A stretch of 64,000 nucleotides of DNA from Eledone cirrhosa (taxonomy: Eukaryota), in assembly GCA_964016885.1 (NCBI GenBank), contig OZ024741.1, forward strand, positions 311,178,001 to 311,242,000, read 5' to 3'. Both the position numbers and the translations under genes were made by a program. Below are positions 1 through 12,427 of the stretch, piece after piece. Under the pieces are notes generated by a model. That model ran no database searches, was not told the origin of the DNA, and saw only the letters and a program-made list of their open reading frames with translations. The stretch's first letter is position 1; each line of letters begins with the position of its first letter.

Positions 1-759
1 TTGAACGCCTGTCTCTATCTCCGTTTGATTGTCAAAATAGATATTAACATTCTTTATTAGTCTTAATTCTATCAACTCTTCTATTATTTACCTTTTAATA
101 TAAACTGCTATAGATAAAATGAGATTTCTGATTTCTTGATTCAATTCCCTAATGCATATACCAGCTGGCTACTAAGATTGATGTTATTCAGTAGCAATCG
201 AAATCTCCCCCTTCCCCAATTGACATTTTATAATTAATACTACTACACCAAATGACCAGCCCTGTCCACTGTCCAATTGGTCAAGTAGAGATTAAAATTG
301 GCACTCCCAAAAATTCATATTTAGATAAAATGAACCATTTACTCATGGTATTCTCATTAGAAACCCATTATATACTTGTTTAGCAGTAAATTGATTTACC
401 ATCTGTCATATACTATCCCCTCTTTTTCTTCCTCTATTACTAATATAAATACTTCAATTTTTCTGATTTTATCCAATTTATCCAAAATCTCTGAAGAAGT
501 GACAACTGATTATACATTTGCTATCGAATACTTGCTAACATTATATGATTACGCAAGCAGCGATACATAGGTATTCCGTCTGTTACAGAAACATATGTCA
601 ATACCTAATAAATTCCTTTTTAAAAAAAGCACTTTCATTTTATATTCATCCTTTCTACATTTTCTCCGGAATATAATTTATACTCGTTGAGCAAACCTGC
701 ACGTACGCTGTTCATCTCTAACGTAACGATATATTATCACTACATTATTGATAACCTGA

Positions 760-763
<4 letters not shown>

Positions 764-834
<71 letters not shown>
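764..834. repeat. (TA)n microsatellite, representative of dozens of (TA)n, (TG)n, (CATA)n and (GA)n tracts
   Basis: Directly visible. Confidence 0.98.
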
Positions 835-839
<5 letters not shown>

Positions 840-990
840 ATACTTTGGGAGGGTCATGTTGCCAATAAGAAACACACGCACCAGTTGCTTTCACTTCAAT
901 TTAATTTATTATATATTTATAAATTTACAAATTTATAAATTTCTGGTTGGTTGGTTGGTTCCACAACCAGATATTTGTTTATATATATAT

Positions 991-1035
991 AGTCATAGTT
1001 CTTTCGTCACAAACTCTGTGACCTCTTCAGTGACT
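991..1035 (-). ncRNA. Minimal type I hammerhead ribozyme motif in the PLE pseudo-LTR
   Basis: AGUCA-CUGAAGA-G-GUCAC(agaguuu)GUGAC-GAAA-GAAC-UA-UGACU; second copy at about 8640-8683. Confidence 0.7.
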
Positions 1036-1336
1036 GGGGATTTCTTTCTCCGTTTCTGTGCCTTTCCTTTCTTCTATCCTACGCCATTTTGTTTGTGTGT
1101 GGGTTGCGTGCTCAGTTTGCGCATGCGCCACATCCGGGTGTCTGTGTGTGTTTGTGTTCATTTTTCTATTTTTCTATTTATATTTTTCTATTTGTTTGTT
1201 TATTTATTTATTTATTGTTGGTTGGTTGTTTGTTCTATGTGTGTGTGTGTTTTCATTTTGTCTTGTGTGTGTTTTCATTTTGTGTGTGTTTTCAATTGTA
1301 AGTTGTTTGTTCTATGTGTGTGTTTTCATTTTGTCC

Positions 1337-4054
1337 TTAATTGTAAGTTGTGATGTTGCTGTTCCACTCATATTTTCTATTTAATTTTGGTTTTAATTCT
1401 TTTATGCTTACTGCCTCTGTAATTTGCCTAAACATTGCGTCTTTCTTGTGTGTGGGTTCTATTTTTATTTCTATGCTCTCTAATTTACCCCTGTGTTCTA
1501 TCTTAGCATGTTGGTAGAGCACAGATGATTCTTTACTATCTTGGAGGTCTCGCCAGTGTTCATTTATTCGTTCCCCTATACTACGAGCTGTCTCACCTAT
1601 GTACACTATATTTTTGTTTCTACATTGTCCTTCAGTACATCTTATGCTATATACTACATTTCTAGTTTTACAGTTAATATGGGGGCTTATTTTACAGGTT
1701 ATACATTTCTTATCTATACATGAGGGTCTTTGGAACGGGTATGTCTTGCTAATAAGTGTTTTTACGGAGGTACCAGGTCTTTCTACTATCTTAATATTGA
1801 GATTATGTTTCTTTAGGGCCCTTCTAAATTTGTAGGCTAGTTCGCCTCTAGGGGTTGTATTGATGAACATTACACTCTGGTATTTATTGCTATCATACCA
1901 TGAGTTTATTCTATTGGCCTTGTTCTTAGTTCTTTCTATTCTATTCCAAAATTTGCTCCTATACAAGGGGCAGGTCCCATTTATGTCATTATTTACCATT
2001 TTTTCCCATTTGGTTCTGGCTCCTTTATACACTCTGATTCTATCTCTCTGATTGTAGCCAGAGAACTGCATACGGTGGATGAAGTGTTGTATGTGTCTCT
2101 CTAGTTCTTCGGGGTTGCACATGCGGGACACATTTCTCATCACCCGTACCAAATCCGCAATCAGTATGTTGATTTTGGTATGGTCCGAAATGGCCGAGTT
2201 TCGGTGGATCAGATGTTTGGAAGTCATGGGTTTGGCATAATGGGAATGGAGGATTTGTTTTTGGTTGTTAATAGTATCTAACCAGAGCTCTGTGTCTAGT
2301 ACAGGTAATCGATGGTTGGGGTGTCTACTTGGGTAGTCTATAGTAACTCTAATGCTCTGGTGGATGGAGTTTGCTATTTGCTGGATGCTTTCCATTGTGT
2401 TTTTCTCTAGTTCCTGACTGTTCTTTAGTGGGGGTGTCTTAACTACGATGTTTATATCATCTACGTAGCGGGAGTACATTATCAGGGTTAAGCTGTCTTC
2501 TAATTGTTCATTAAGTTTTTGTTTAAGTCTACTGTCCCACCATACCATGAATAAGTTAGCTATGTCGCCTGCAATGCTAACACCAATGGCTGCTCCTTCC
2601 TCTTGGGCATATGTTTTACCATTAAATTTGAACATATGTTCCTTAAGGGTTAATTTTATGCTGGCCCCTACCGCATGTGCAATCATTTTCTTCAGTTCAT
2701 CGTGGTTTTCGGGTGTCCGTATGGCTCTGGTCCACCCGTTCCATCTATCTGTGTGGGTTTTCTTGGCCATTGAGGTAATGGTAGGTGGTCTGCCTCTTGC
2801 TGGTCTTGTAGGGCACATGTTGCTAAGGTCATAAGTGTCTAGGTAACTATTACTATGGGTAAGCTTAAGTAGGAGTCCCAGCTCACTGGTATCAATCCCA
2901 CGGAACTCAACCTTGCTCTCGCTGATCATTTCGACGCATTTCTCCACAGCAAAATCCACATCAATAGATGGATACAGGGACACAACATCCATACTGCCTA
3001 TTATGCAGTTTGTTAGGTCCCCAGATCGGTTACCCGCGCCGATTCTGCTGAGGAGGTCCTCCGTGCTGTCACACACATCTGGGGACATCTCAATGATGGG
3101 GCGTATGATCAGGGAGAGGAAGTAGGACAGTCTGTAGTTACTAGCAATGTTAGCCCCACAGACTAGCCGTGTTGGTGGTCCCGCGACAGGGTCCCAGCCC
3201 GTTTTATGGTCTTTTCGAAGCCCATACAACGCCGGCACGTCATTGTTCCAGGCCTGGAAGTTGTTGGCAGTCCTTTTGTTGGGCTGCATTATATTTGTCC
3301 ACATCACCATATGGGCATTGAGGGTTTTTTCTCTATCCTCATGCTCCTGTGGTGTTACCTCTCTTGTGTTAGTGATGTGGGGTTGCATTGCCTGGATGTA
3401 GTTTGGCAGGCTGTCAACCGACATTCTGCCAGACTTGTCTGTTGGAAAGCATGCTATCTCTCCATTACGCGAGCGCTGCATGAGCTTACGCAAGCCATTT
3501 GCAGATTCTTCTCCCAGTTGCTGGGCCTCTATTCTATTATGCTTCTTGCTATACTGTTCTATAATATTTCTAAGTTCGGATTTAGCTATACTAAATTGTG
3601 CTTCTGTTTGTTCATCGACCTGCGACGGCAACTGCGTGCGTTTGTTAAATGGCAAAGTCGTGGCGTGGACTCGTCGTAGGTCGAATGATTTATCGGAGGG
3701 GTTATAAAACGGAGAGTTCCAGGCTGCTGCTTTATGTGTACTAGTGCTATAGTTATTGTTAGTTGTGTTGTTTCTATTGTTTCTATTTCCACCAACAGCA
3801 GCAGCCTCAGCTTCATGGTTGTTTCTATGTCTCTCATAATTACTCCTGTCTCTTTCCACTGGCTCAATGTTGTTATCTACCCTATTTTGTGTGTCTGTGT
3901 GTTCGTCTTGATTATTCTCTTTGTCCTTAGTCTCCCATCTCCTTTTCCTTTTAATCCTATTACTTTCTCTTATTTCTCTGATTTCTGTGCTACTGTCATT
4001 ACTTGTTTTCTGTGTCTGTGTGTTTGTTAAGATTGTGGTGGTGGTGAGAGGCAT
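1337..4054 (-). CDS. Penelope-like retroelement ORF: reverse transcriptase plus C-terminal GIY-YIG endonuclease
   Basis: Uninterrupted 905 aa. Motifs: TDKSG, LYGLRKDHK, SMDVVSLYPSI, QEEGAAIG, YSRYVDD, LPVLD, and NVVYSIRC...VYIGETARSIGERINEH. True start codon uncertain. Confidence 0.93.
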   Translation of the reverse strand: MPLTTTTILTNTQTQKTSNDSSTEIREIRESNRIKRKRRWETKDKENNQDEHTDTQNRVDNNIEPVERDRSNYERHRNNHEAEAAAVGGNRNNRNNTTNNNYSTSTHKAAAWNSPFYNPSDKSFDLRRVHATTLPFNKRTQLPSQVDEQTEAQFSIAKSELRNIIEQYSKKHNRIEAQQLGEESANGLRKLMQRSRNGEIACFPTDKSGRMSVDSLPNYIQAMQPHITNTREVTPQEHEDREKTLNAHMVMWTNIMQPNKRTANNFQAWNNDVPALYGLRKDHKTGWDPVAGPPTRLVCGANIASNYRLSYFLSLIIRPIIEMSPDVCDSTEDLLSRIGAGNRSGDLTNCIIGSMDVVSLYPSIDVDFAVEKCVEMISESKVEFRGIDTSELGLLLKLTHSNSYLDTYDLSNMCPTRPARGRPPTITSMAKKTHTDRWNGWTRAIRTPENHDELKKMIAHAVGASIKLTLKEHMFKFNGKTYAQEEGAAIGVSIAGDIANLFMVWWDSRLKQKLNEQLEDSLTLIMYSRYVDDINIVVKTPPLKNSQELEKNTMESIQQIANSIHQSIRVTIDYPSRHPNHRLPVLDTELWLDTINNQKQILHSHYAKPMTSKHLIHRNSAISDHTKINILIADLVRVMRNVSRMCNPEELERHIQHFIHRMQFSGYNQRDRIRVYKGARTKWEKMVNNDINGTCPLYRSKFWNRIERTKNKANRINSWYDSNKYQSVMFINTTPRGELAYKFRRALKKHNLNIKIVERPGTSVKTLISKTYPFQRPSCIDKKCITCKISPHINCKTRNVVYSIRCTEGQCRNKNIVYIGETARSIGERINEHWRDLQDSKESSVLYQHAKIEHRGKLESIEIKIEPTHKKDAMFRQITEAVSIKELKPKLNRKYEWNSNITTYN

Positions 4055-4243
4055 TGAATGCGTGTGTGTTGTTGTTGATGATGTGTGTTGTTGTTGATGT
4101 GTGCTGTTGTTGTCTCCGTGTGTGTGTGTGTTATCGTTGTTGTGTGTGTTGTTATTGTTGTTTGTGTTTGCGTGTCTGTTGTTGTTGTATCTGGGTATGT
4201 TGCTATTGTTGTTGTTGTTGATGTGTGTGTTGTTTCAGAAACG

Positions 4244-4274
<31 letters not shown>

Positions 4275-6177
4275 AATATATATATGTAGGAGGTGAGTGT
4301 TATTGTAGTACAATAAAGCAATGCAGATATCGGATAAGAAGCACTCTACAGTTTGTAGGACTGGAGTATACATAATATATAAGATCAAAAGATGGTTAAA
4401 AGAGTTCCATGTATTTTATTATGCGCATTTCAAAAAATTATTAAGAACAATATACGTAATCTCTTTAACCAACATAACTTAAAAATTGAATTTGATAACA
4501 GCATCAAACTAGCTAATTTCTTGGATGTATCTCTTAATCTTGACACTGGCCTACATTACACTTACCATAAAAACAATGAGAACCTAAATTATGTTAATTT
4601 TAAATCTAACCAGCCCACTAATATTAAGAATGCTATAGTTAGTAATATTGGAAAAATAATATCTAACCTATCTTCTAATAAAAACATCTTTGATGCTAAC
4701 GCCAATTACGATAATAACGCGCTTTCTAAAGCCGGCTATCCTGATAAAATCAAATATAGTAAAGAAATAAATTCTAGAAGATCATACAGTAGAATAATTA
4801 ATCATGATCATTCCAATAACTTTAATAAAAGACCTAGATACAAAAACATAATCTGGTATAATGCTCCTTTCTCCATCTCTATTAATAATAATATTCCTAA
4901 ATTATTCTTTAGGGCCTTAAATAAATGTTTCCCTCCCTCACATATCTATAGTAAAATATTTAACAAACACACTATAAAATGTTCCTATTCGACCTCCTCC
5001 AACATTTCCAACATTATCTCTAAACACAACAATAAAATACTAAATACTAAATCTCTTCCTTCCAACACTGAATATCATAATAATAGTAATAGTACACCCG
5101 ACGTCATTGTAAACTCTAGGCTAATTTCTGCAAACCCAAATACAACGTCAAACACAACTTCGCTAAATCAAGAAACTATTATTCCTATCGTAAATAACTT
5201 CTCCAATCCAATTCCTTCTATAGATAACACTAGGTCACTCGGTAATAACTTTGCTAATCTCTCTAATCGCAATTGCAATTGCCCTGTTAAAAATAAATGT
5301 CCTCTCAACAACCATTGTCTTGAAAAAAACTTAATCTACGAATGTAAAGTTATAACTGACACCAATTCCTTCACCTATTTTGGCTCCACTTCCACCTCCT
5401 TTAAAGCTCGTCTTTATAATAATCATTCGTCTTTTAAATACCAACTTAAAAGAACCAACACGGCACTCTCAGAACTCATATGGTCCTTGAAAGACAAAAA
5501 TATTAAATATAACATCTCTTGGTAAAAGGTTTCTTCTGCTTCTTCATTGAACAGTTCTCTATCCAAGACTTTCAATCTCTGTTTAAATGAAAAATTTACC
5601 ATTATATCTAATTTAGATTCTATAATAAATAGACGCACTGACTTGTTTTCTCTCTGCTTGCATAAATTCCACAGAACATTCCATAAAGTATACAGCTAAT
5701 ATCTAATACTTTATCAATTTAAAATCCTTTTCTCAAAGGCACTTATTTATATATATACTTCTTTGAAAATATACCCATCTTTCTACCTTATTTCAAAGTT
5801 ATTTATTATACATTATATAATACTAGTTACTCATTCTATATCACTCCTATTTATCACTTCCCTTTCTTCCTTTTCCTTTTCTTTTCCTTTTTCTTTTAAT
5901 TTCTAAACCCTTTTCTCATTGTGCCTAACATAGAAACAATTATTTTCTCATTGTGCATAACATAGAAACAATTATTACACAGTACAATATATTCTTACTT
6001 TATATCACCTTGAAAAAAATCCTTCGTAAACATAAACATTTGTTTGACGTTAGATTATTCATCCTCAATTCATTTTTTTTCTCCCTTTCATCTAACTTAT
6101 TCATCCTATCTTCTACTCCTTTCACAATATATCCTTACTTACATTACTATTGCTTTTTTAATAATACATATGAAAAT

Positions 6178-6335
6178 TTTCTTTCCATCGCACATATTAT
6201 TAAAGCCTTAAATATTATTCTTAATACATATTAACATTTTCTTTCCATCGCACATATTATTAAACCCTTAAATATTATTCTTAATACATATTAACAATTA
6301 CTTTTCATCGCACATATTATTAAACCCTTCAATAT
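6178..6335 (+). repeat. Three ~60-bp tandem repeats
   Basis: ctttccatcgcacatattattaaa(g/c)ccttaaatattattcttaatacatattaaca repeated. Confidence 0.8.
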
Positions 6336-6692
6336 ACAAACCTTAACTTAACATTATTTTTCTCTTCGTTAATTTTCAAATTCTTTTAATTTATATATTA
6401 TCTTCCAACGGTTTTTCAACCTGTCTATGTAAAACAATATATTGTTCTCAGGTATGACAGCTATCTCTCTCTCTCTCTATCACCCATCTCTCCTCGTATC
6501 GCATACTTCCTCATTATACTCCTCCCCTTCCACTTTTTACTCTCATCTCCTCCTCTTTTTCATCCTTTCCACTCCACCCCCCTCAAAAATCTTTTTTTCC
6601 AATATCACACATCAATCTAAAACTACTTTTCATATGTTGATTTAAAACTGCACTATTCACAAGTGTTTTTTAAACTTCATATCATGTCTTCC

Positions 6693-6763
6693 TATTTTAT
6701 CTGATGAAAACACAAATGTTACTGCATGATGATATTTGTTTTTGAAATGCGCATAATAAAATA
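6693..6763 (+). ncRNA. Type I hammerhead motif with palindromic stem III (UGCGCA)
   Basis: UAUUUUAU-CUGAUGA-stem II-GAAA-UGCGCA-UA-AUAAAAUA; degenerate copy (UUGAUGA) at about 9226-9295. Confidence 0.7.
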
Positions 6764-6800
6764 CATAGAACTCTTTTAACCATCTTTTGATCTTATATAT

Positions 6801-6886
<86 letters not shown>

Positions 6887-7167
6887 AATATATGGCCTCA
6901 GCCGGATGGCTGAAACAGGTAAAAGAGTAAGAGAGTAATATATTTAATATAAAAATGGTTTCTCCAGGACTTGAACTGTTTCATTCTGGAGAATCCATCA
7001 TGAAGCCCGTGATGGTTAATAGGGGCACTGTAAGTCCGAAAAGATACGTTTTCCCCGGGTTCAATCGGCGGGAACCACAGTAATTAAGGTAGTCATTTCA
7101 TAGCAGAGTATAAATATTTAATATAGAAATGTCTTCTACAGGAATTGATCTGTTTCATTTATATTGA

Positions 7168-7352
7168 GGATTGGCAGTATCAGTAGAGGGTCGGAGGCCA
7201 TGCTTTGCAGCAAAGAGCTACGGCCCTTTATGGTCTGAGTTCAAATCCCGCCGAGGTTAACTTTGCCTTTCATCCTTACAGGGTCGATAAAATAAAGTAC
7301 CAGTATTGTATTGGGTAATTGCTGGCCTTGAGCCAAAAGTAGAAACAATTAT
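7168..7352 (+). mobile_element. tRNA-derived SINE
   Basis: A-box-like TGGCAGTATCAG, B-box GAGTTCAAATCC and core gcctttcatccttacagggtcgataaaataaagtaccag. Several copies in the window. Confidence 0.8.
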
Positions 7353-7627
7353 TATAATCTCTACGTTAAAAAGAAATAATTGTGATTGGCTGCTAGAGTT
7401 ATGGTAAGTGATGTACAAGTGTTACTCAGCCAGTTTCACTGTTTAACCGTCAGTGGTAAAGGTTCCTATTTGATATTCGGCAGACAAGTCGACCCCTGGA
7501 TTTGGATAGATATTTTGGATAGATATAAAATAGGAACCTCTACCACTGACTGTTAAACAGTGAAACTGGCTGTCTAGCAACCCATCACAATTTGTTCTGT
7601 TTAAGTCTGTTTAACATAGAGATTATA
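7353..7627. mobile_element. MITE-like fold-back element
   Basis: Terminal inverted repeats tataatctctacgttaaa / tttaacatagagattata, plus internal arms cagccagtttcactgtttaac..aggttcctattt and its complement. Confidence 0.65.
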
Positions 7628-8223
7628 TTAATATCAATGACTTTCCGTAGCTTAGAGTGTAGGTTACCATAGGTTGGTTAAGTTTAGGCTAGGCTGATAC
7701 CCTCAGTCAGTTAGAACTCACTTTCGACAGAAGATGTGTCTTAGAATTATCTCAACTATCGGAAAACATATGGTCATTTCCCCACGAAACAAAAATGGCC
7801 GAAAGTCAAAATATATCGTCATGTAATGCTGATAAACTGAGGATAAGGAAATTTTAGGTTTTTAAAATTACGGCGTATCAAGTAACGGTGTGGTAGCAGG
7901 TTGTTTACTAATAAAACAGTTCAGTTAAATCATTTTGTTAACTGTAAAATCAATTTTACAAATTGTATTTTCTTCACATGCACTTTTATTTTACAACTAT
8001 TTAGTGTTTATTTCCATATTTTATATTTTGTGCAAATAATGTGCGGCAAGCATATCTACGGCTGGTGAGATGGTAATGCCTTATTTCTGGGAGGCCTCGT
8101 CTTATCCGGCGTATATAGGCCTAAACCTGAAATAGACCTCATAATTTCAGAAGTCGACCTATGTGCCGGATCAACTTTCACGCCGGCATATACGGTATAT
8201 ATATACATAAATGTATGTATGTG

Positions 8224-8289
<66 letters not shown>

Positions 8290-8307
8290 TACATATATAC
8301 ATATGTG

Positions 8308-8353
<46 letters not shown>

Positions 8354-8371
8354 TACATATATACATATGTG

Positions 8372-8424
<53 letters not shown>

Positions 8425-8426
<2 letters not shown>

Positions 8427-9170
8427 CGTTTATGAAGTATTTGTTTAGCAAGATTCTCTATCTGAAAACGTGTGTTGAAACCGATATTGTTATACTTTGG
8501 GAGGGTCATGTTGCCAATAAGAAACACACGCACCGATTGGTTTCACTCCAATTTATTATAAATTTAATTTATAAATTTAAGAATTTATAAATTTCCGGTT
8601 GGTTGGTTGGTTCCACAACCGGACTGTTGTTCATATATTGTCAAAGTTCTTTCATCACAAATTCTGTGACCTCTTCAGTGACTGGGGATTCTTTTCTTTG
8701 TTTTGTGCCTCTCCTTTGTTCTGTCCTACGCCATCTTGTTTGTGTGTGTGTTGTGTGCTTAGTTTGCGCATATGTTACATCCGGGTGTCTGTGTGTGTTT
8801 TTATTTGTTTAATTATTTGTTTATTTACATGTTACTGGTTGGTTGTTTGTTCTATGTGCGTGTGTTTTCATTTTGTCCTTATTTGTAAGTTTGATGTTGC
8901 TATTCCATTCATGATTTCTATTCAATTTTGGTTGGAGTTCATTTATGTTTATTGCCTCTGTGATTCGTGTAAACATTGCGTCTTTTCTGTGTGTAGATTT
9001 TATTTTTATTTCTATGTTCTTTAATTTGCCCTTATGTTCTATTTAAGCATGTTGGTGGAGTATCGATGATTCCTTTTTATCTTGAAGCCCTCGCCAGTGT
9101 AAATTTAACCGTTCTCCTATACTACGTGCTGTCTCACCTCTGTACACTATATTCTTATCTTTACATTATG
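8425..9170 (-). mobile_element. 3' fragment of Penelope family 1 (GIY-YIG C-terminus plus pLTR)
   Basis: Colinear, diverged match to 832-1625. Confidence 0.85.
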
Positions 9171-9184
9171 TAGACTGGACAATT

Positions 9185-9420
9185 TCTTGTTGACAAGCGT
9201 TTTTAGGCCTCATATCATGTTACCTTATTTTATTTGATGAGAATAGAATTGTTGTCCCAGGATGATGTTGTTTTCGAAATGCGCATAATAAAATATATAG
9301 AACTTTTTAAACATCTTTTAATTTCTTCTTTAATATATACTCCAGTTTTACCAACTGTTGAGTTCTACTTATCTGAAATATGCTTAATTTTATTGTTCTA
9401 CAATATCACTCACCTTCTAC
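9185..9420 (+). mobile_element. pLTR fragment of Penelope family 2
   Basis: Matches 6655-6795 and the reverse complement of 4285-4435. Confidence 0.75.
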
Positions 9421-10086
9421 ATATATATATGTATATATATGTATGTGTTTGCGTATATGTATATGGATGTCTGTGATCTATATGCACTTGTCATAGACAC
9501 ACACACACACAGATAAACACACATAGACAAACACATATATATACACACAAACTCACACATATATACAACATCACAACAGTCTCTCTTCCATTCTACTTTT
9601 CTGTCTCCTCTCCCTCTCTCTATGTCTCTCTTTCAATCTAATCTGTCACAACAACAATCTCTTTCTCTCTATCTTTCTCTCACTTTGTTTATGAAGGTAC
9701 CCGGAAAAAACCCACATCTCGGGATCCCGTGGTCTGATTTATCCAAAACTTGTTTTATTCCATTTTTATTTCCATTCCAGGGTCAACTTCCATTCAAAGT
9801 ATTTTCCCATTAATCGCCCTTTTGGCTGCATTACATTACAGACAAGCAAGCAAGCAATCACAGACATTTAGTAATATATATATACATAGATAAACATACC
9901 GGATATCGCTAGATATCCAAAATACAAATACTGATAATATATATAAAGCTATGATAGAGACAACATTTTCATTTTCTAACCGTGTGGCGCAGCATATTAC
10001 CTTTCCATATTTATAATTATATTTAACTCATAGTGTATTATTAGTGTATCTATATATATATATACACTAATTATATATTATTATTA

Positions 10087-10140
<54 letters not shown>

Positions 10141-10571
10141 TAATAATAATAAGTTTCCAGATTTACATTACTATTTGAAGCAATCCTCAAAGTTACATTT
10201 GACGTCGTATTTATACTTGTGTTATTTTGCCTAGAGTTTACATTGACGTCGGGCCTTACAGTGTTTTATTATAGGATCCTGAGGGATCCTGAAGTCAGAG
10301 ACAATCTGGTTAAAAAGATGGATGCATTAGAGTTCGGAAATGACTGGACTTCCTTTAAGAAGGCAGTTTATATATACATACACATATACATACACACATT
10401 TATATATATATATATACATACACACACATATATATATCGGCCTTCCAATTTCATTTTACATTATATACATGTCTGTGTATACTTTAGTTATTAAAAATCA
10501 TTTTTAAGTGAACGTTATTTTTCAAAAATATTTTGAAGCGTACGTGACCCAACGGGTAACGGGTGGTCTAG

Positions 10572-11167
10572 TCTATCAAGATAATACTAAAAGTCTGTGA
10601 TTGCTTGTTTCCTTGTCTGTAATGTAATACAGCCAAAAGGGCGCATAATGGGAAAATATTTTGAGAGGAACTTGAGCATGAAATGGGAATATAAATGGAA
10701 TAAAACAAGTTTTGCGTAAATCGAAGCATGCGTTCCCGAGATATGGGATTTTTCCGGGTATCTTTATAAATAGCCAAAACAGTGCATAATGGGAAAATAC
10801 TCCGAAAGTAACATAACCCTGCAAACCTTCATAAAAATCCAAATTGCTGCATAATGGGAAAATACTCCGAAAGTAAAATTAGCCTGAAATGGGATTACAA
10901 ACAGAATAAAACATGTTTGGCGTAAATCGTTACACAGGTTCCTGAGATATGGGGTTTTCCGGTTACCTTCATCAACAGAGAGAGTTAAAGATAGAGAGAA
11001 AGAGATAGTGGTTGTAAGAGAGTAGATTGAAAGAGGGACATGGAGAGAGGGAGTGAAGACGGCGCAGGAGATTGTAGCAGGGAGCCTTGTTGTGCATATA
11101 TATATGAGAGTGTGTGTGTAAAGTTCTATGACCAGTATATATAGATCACAGATAGCCCCCCCCCCCC

Positions 11168-11204
<37 letters not shown>

Positions 11205-11455
11205 ACACACATACATTTATACACACACACACACACACATACACACACATATGTATATATGTATATATGTATGAATACACACACATTTACATATATACAT
11301 ACACACACGTGTATATATAGGCCTTCCGGTTTCATTTGACATTATATACATGTCAGTGTATATTCTAATCATTTAAAAATTATTTTAAACTGAAGAGTAT
11401 TAAAAAAAAAACATTTTGAAAGTGAATGTGACCCAATGGGTCACTGGTGCTCTGG
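10572..11455 (+). mobile_element. Non-autonomous Helitron-like repeat
   Basis: Starts TCTAT and ends with the hairpin GTGACCCA-TGGGTCAC followed by CTGG. Extra 3' ends lie at 10370-10571 (ending CTAG) and 26670-26880, and an inverted partial copy at 9425-9880. Confidence 0.5.
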
Positions 11456-11602
11456 TGTTAAATATTAATAAACAATTGAAAGTCTTCACCTATGAATGGA
11501 GGCTGATGAGGCACAGTCATCTAAGGGATTCCAACAGAGGCAAGGGTGAGTAAAATTTAACGATCTTCGTTTATGATACTAGAGGCTATCAAGACAGTGC
11601 TC

Positions 11603-11703
<101 letters not shown>

Positions 11704-11875
11704 CATTTACAAATATTAGAACTATTTCATTCAAATGTAATAATCAGGAAAGCCGATTCCAGATGATTACTTTGGATGAAACTATTCTAGTCCTGTAGAA
11801 GCGATTTCTATATTAAATATTATATTTACACCCACACACACAGACACACGCAAACATATATATATATATATATAT

Positions 11876-11961
<86 letters not shown>

Positions 11962-11988
11962 TAAATACGTAAAAGGTTTTTCATATAC

Positions 11989-12120
11989 CTTGGCAATAGT
12001 GACCAACATAACCTGCATCACATCCAAGTAAACATGTTCCATTTCGCTTGCCACAGTTCCTATTGTCGAGACAATGGCATAACCCCTTACAAGCAACACC
12101 AAACTTTCCTACTGGGCATT
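11989..12120 (-). CDS. EGF-like repeat exon (132 nt, phase 1-1) of a MEGF10/CED-1/SCARF-like multi-EGF protein
   Basis: Bounded by ttttcag|AA and AG|gtatat. Reads ECPVGKFGVACKGLCHCLDNRNCGKRNGTCLLGCDAGYVGHYCQ, with 8 Cys in the CxxGxFGxxCxxxCxC...GxC...GCxxGYxGxxC pattern. Not in the ORF track in this frame. Confidence 0.85.
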
Positions 12121-12315
12121 CTGAAAATATCAATATGTATATGATAATGTTGAAGATATCATTAATTACATACAGATATCAATGATACAATTTTATACCA
12201 AATTTTAAGATTACCATAATAAAAATACCATAATAATAATAAATATATACTACAAAATCGTACCATATTCTAACGGATCCCAAGATATGTATTTGCGACA
12301 TTCTTCCATGTAAAT

Positions 12316-12346
<31 letters not shown>

Positions 12347-12427
12347 ATATAGTGTATATATATATAAATGCATACATACATACATAGGAGATACACTTAT
12401 ACTAGATAAATGCATACATACATACTT

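Larger units (their letters stand above)
832..4240 (-). mobile_element. Penelope-like element, family 1, with 3' pseudo-LTR ending at (TA)n
   Basis: The ORF above plus the 832-1336 3' region, which recurs at 8486-8880 and contains a hammerhead motif. Confidence 0.85.
4285..6800 (+). mobile_element. 5'-truncated Penelope-like element, family 2 (Neptune-like), with an inverted pLTR piece at its 5' end
   Basis: ORF 4392-5525 contains FLDVSLNL, IIWYNAPFS, CNCPVKNKCPL..CL, LIYECKV..YFGSTSTSFKAR and a premature stop. 4372-4435 is the reverse complement of 6740-6800. Confidence 0.82.

Noticed and set aside
1-560. Possible degraded LINE APE-endonuclease remnant on the minus strand
   Set aside because: Only faint similarity (SYNV..LDKI..I..EE) with many stops; not supportable without a search.
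678-938. ORFs rich in [12 protein letters not shown] or MYVC throughout the window
   Set aside because: These are translations of (TA)n, (TG)n and (CATA)n microsatellites with no coding signal.
2547-3707. Plus-strand ORFs overlapping the Penelope ORF, and similar antisense ORFs over the LINEs
   Set aside because: Antisense shadows of real TE coding frames.
7168-7260. Possible tRNA gene
   Set aside because: A and B boxes are present, but no cloverleaf is evident and it continues into a multi-copy SINE body.
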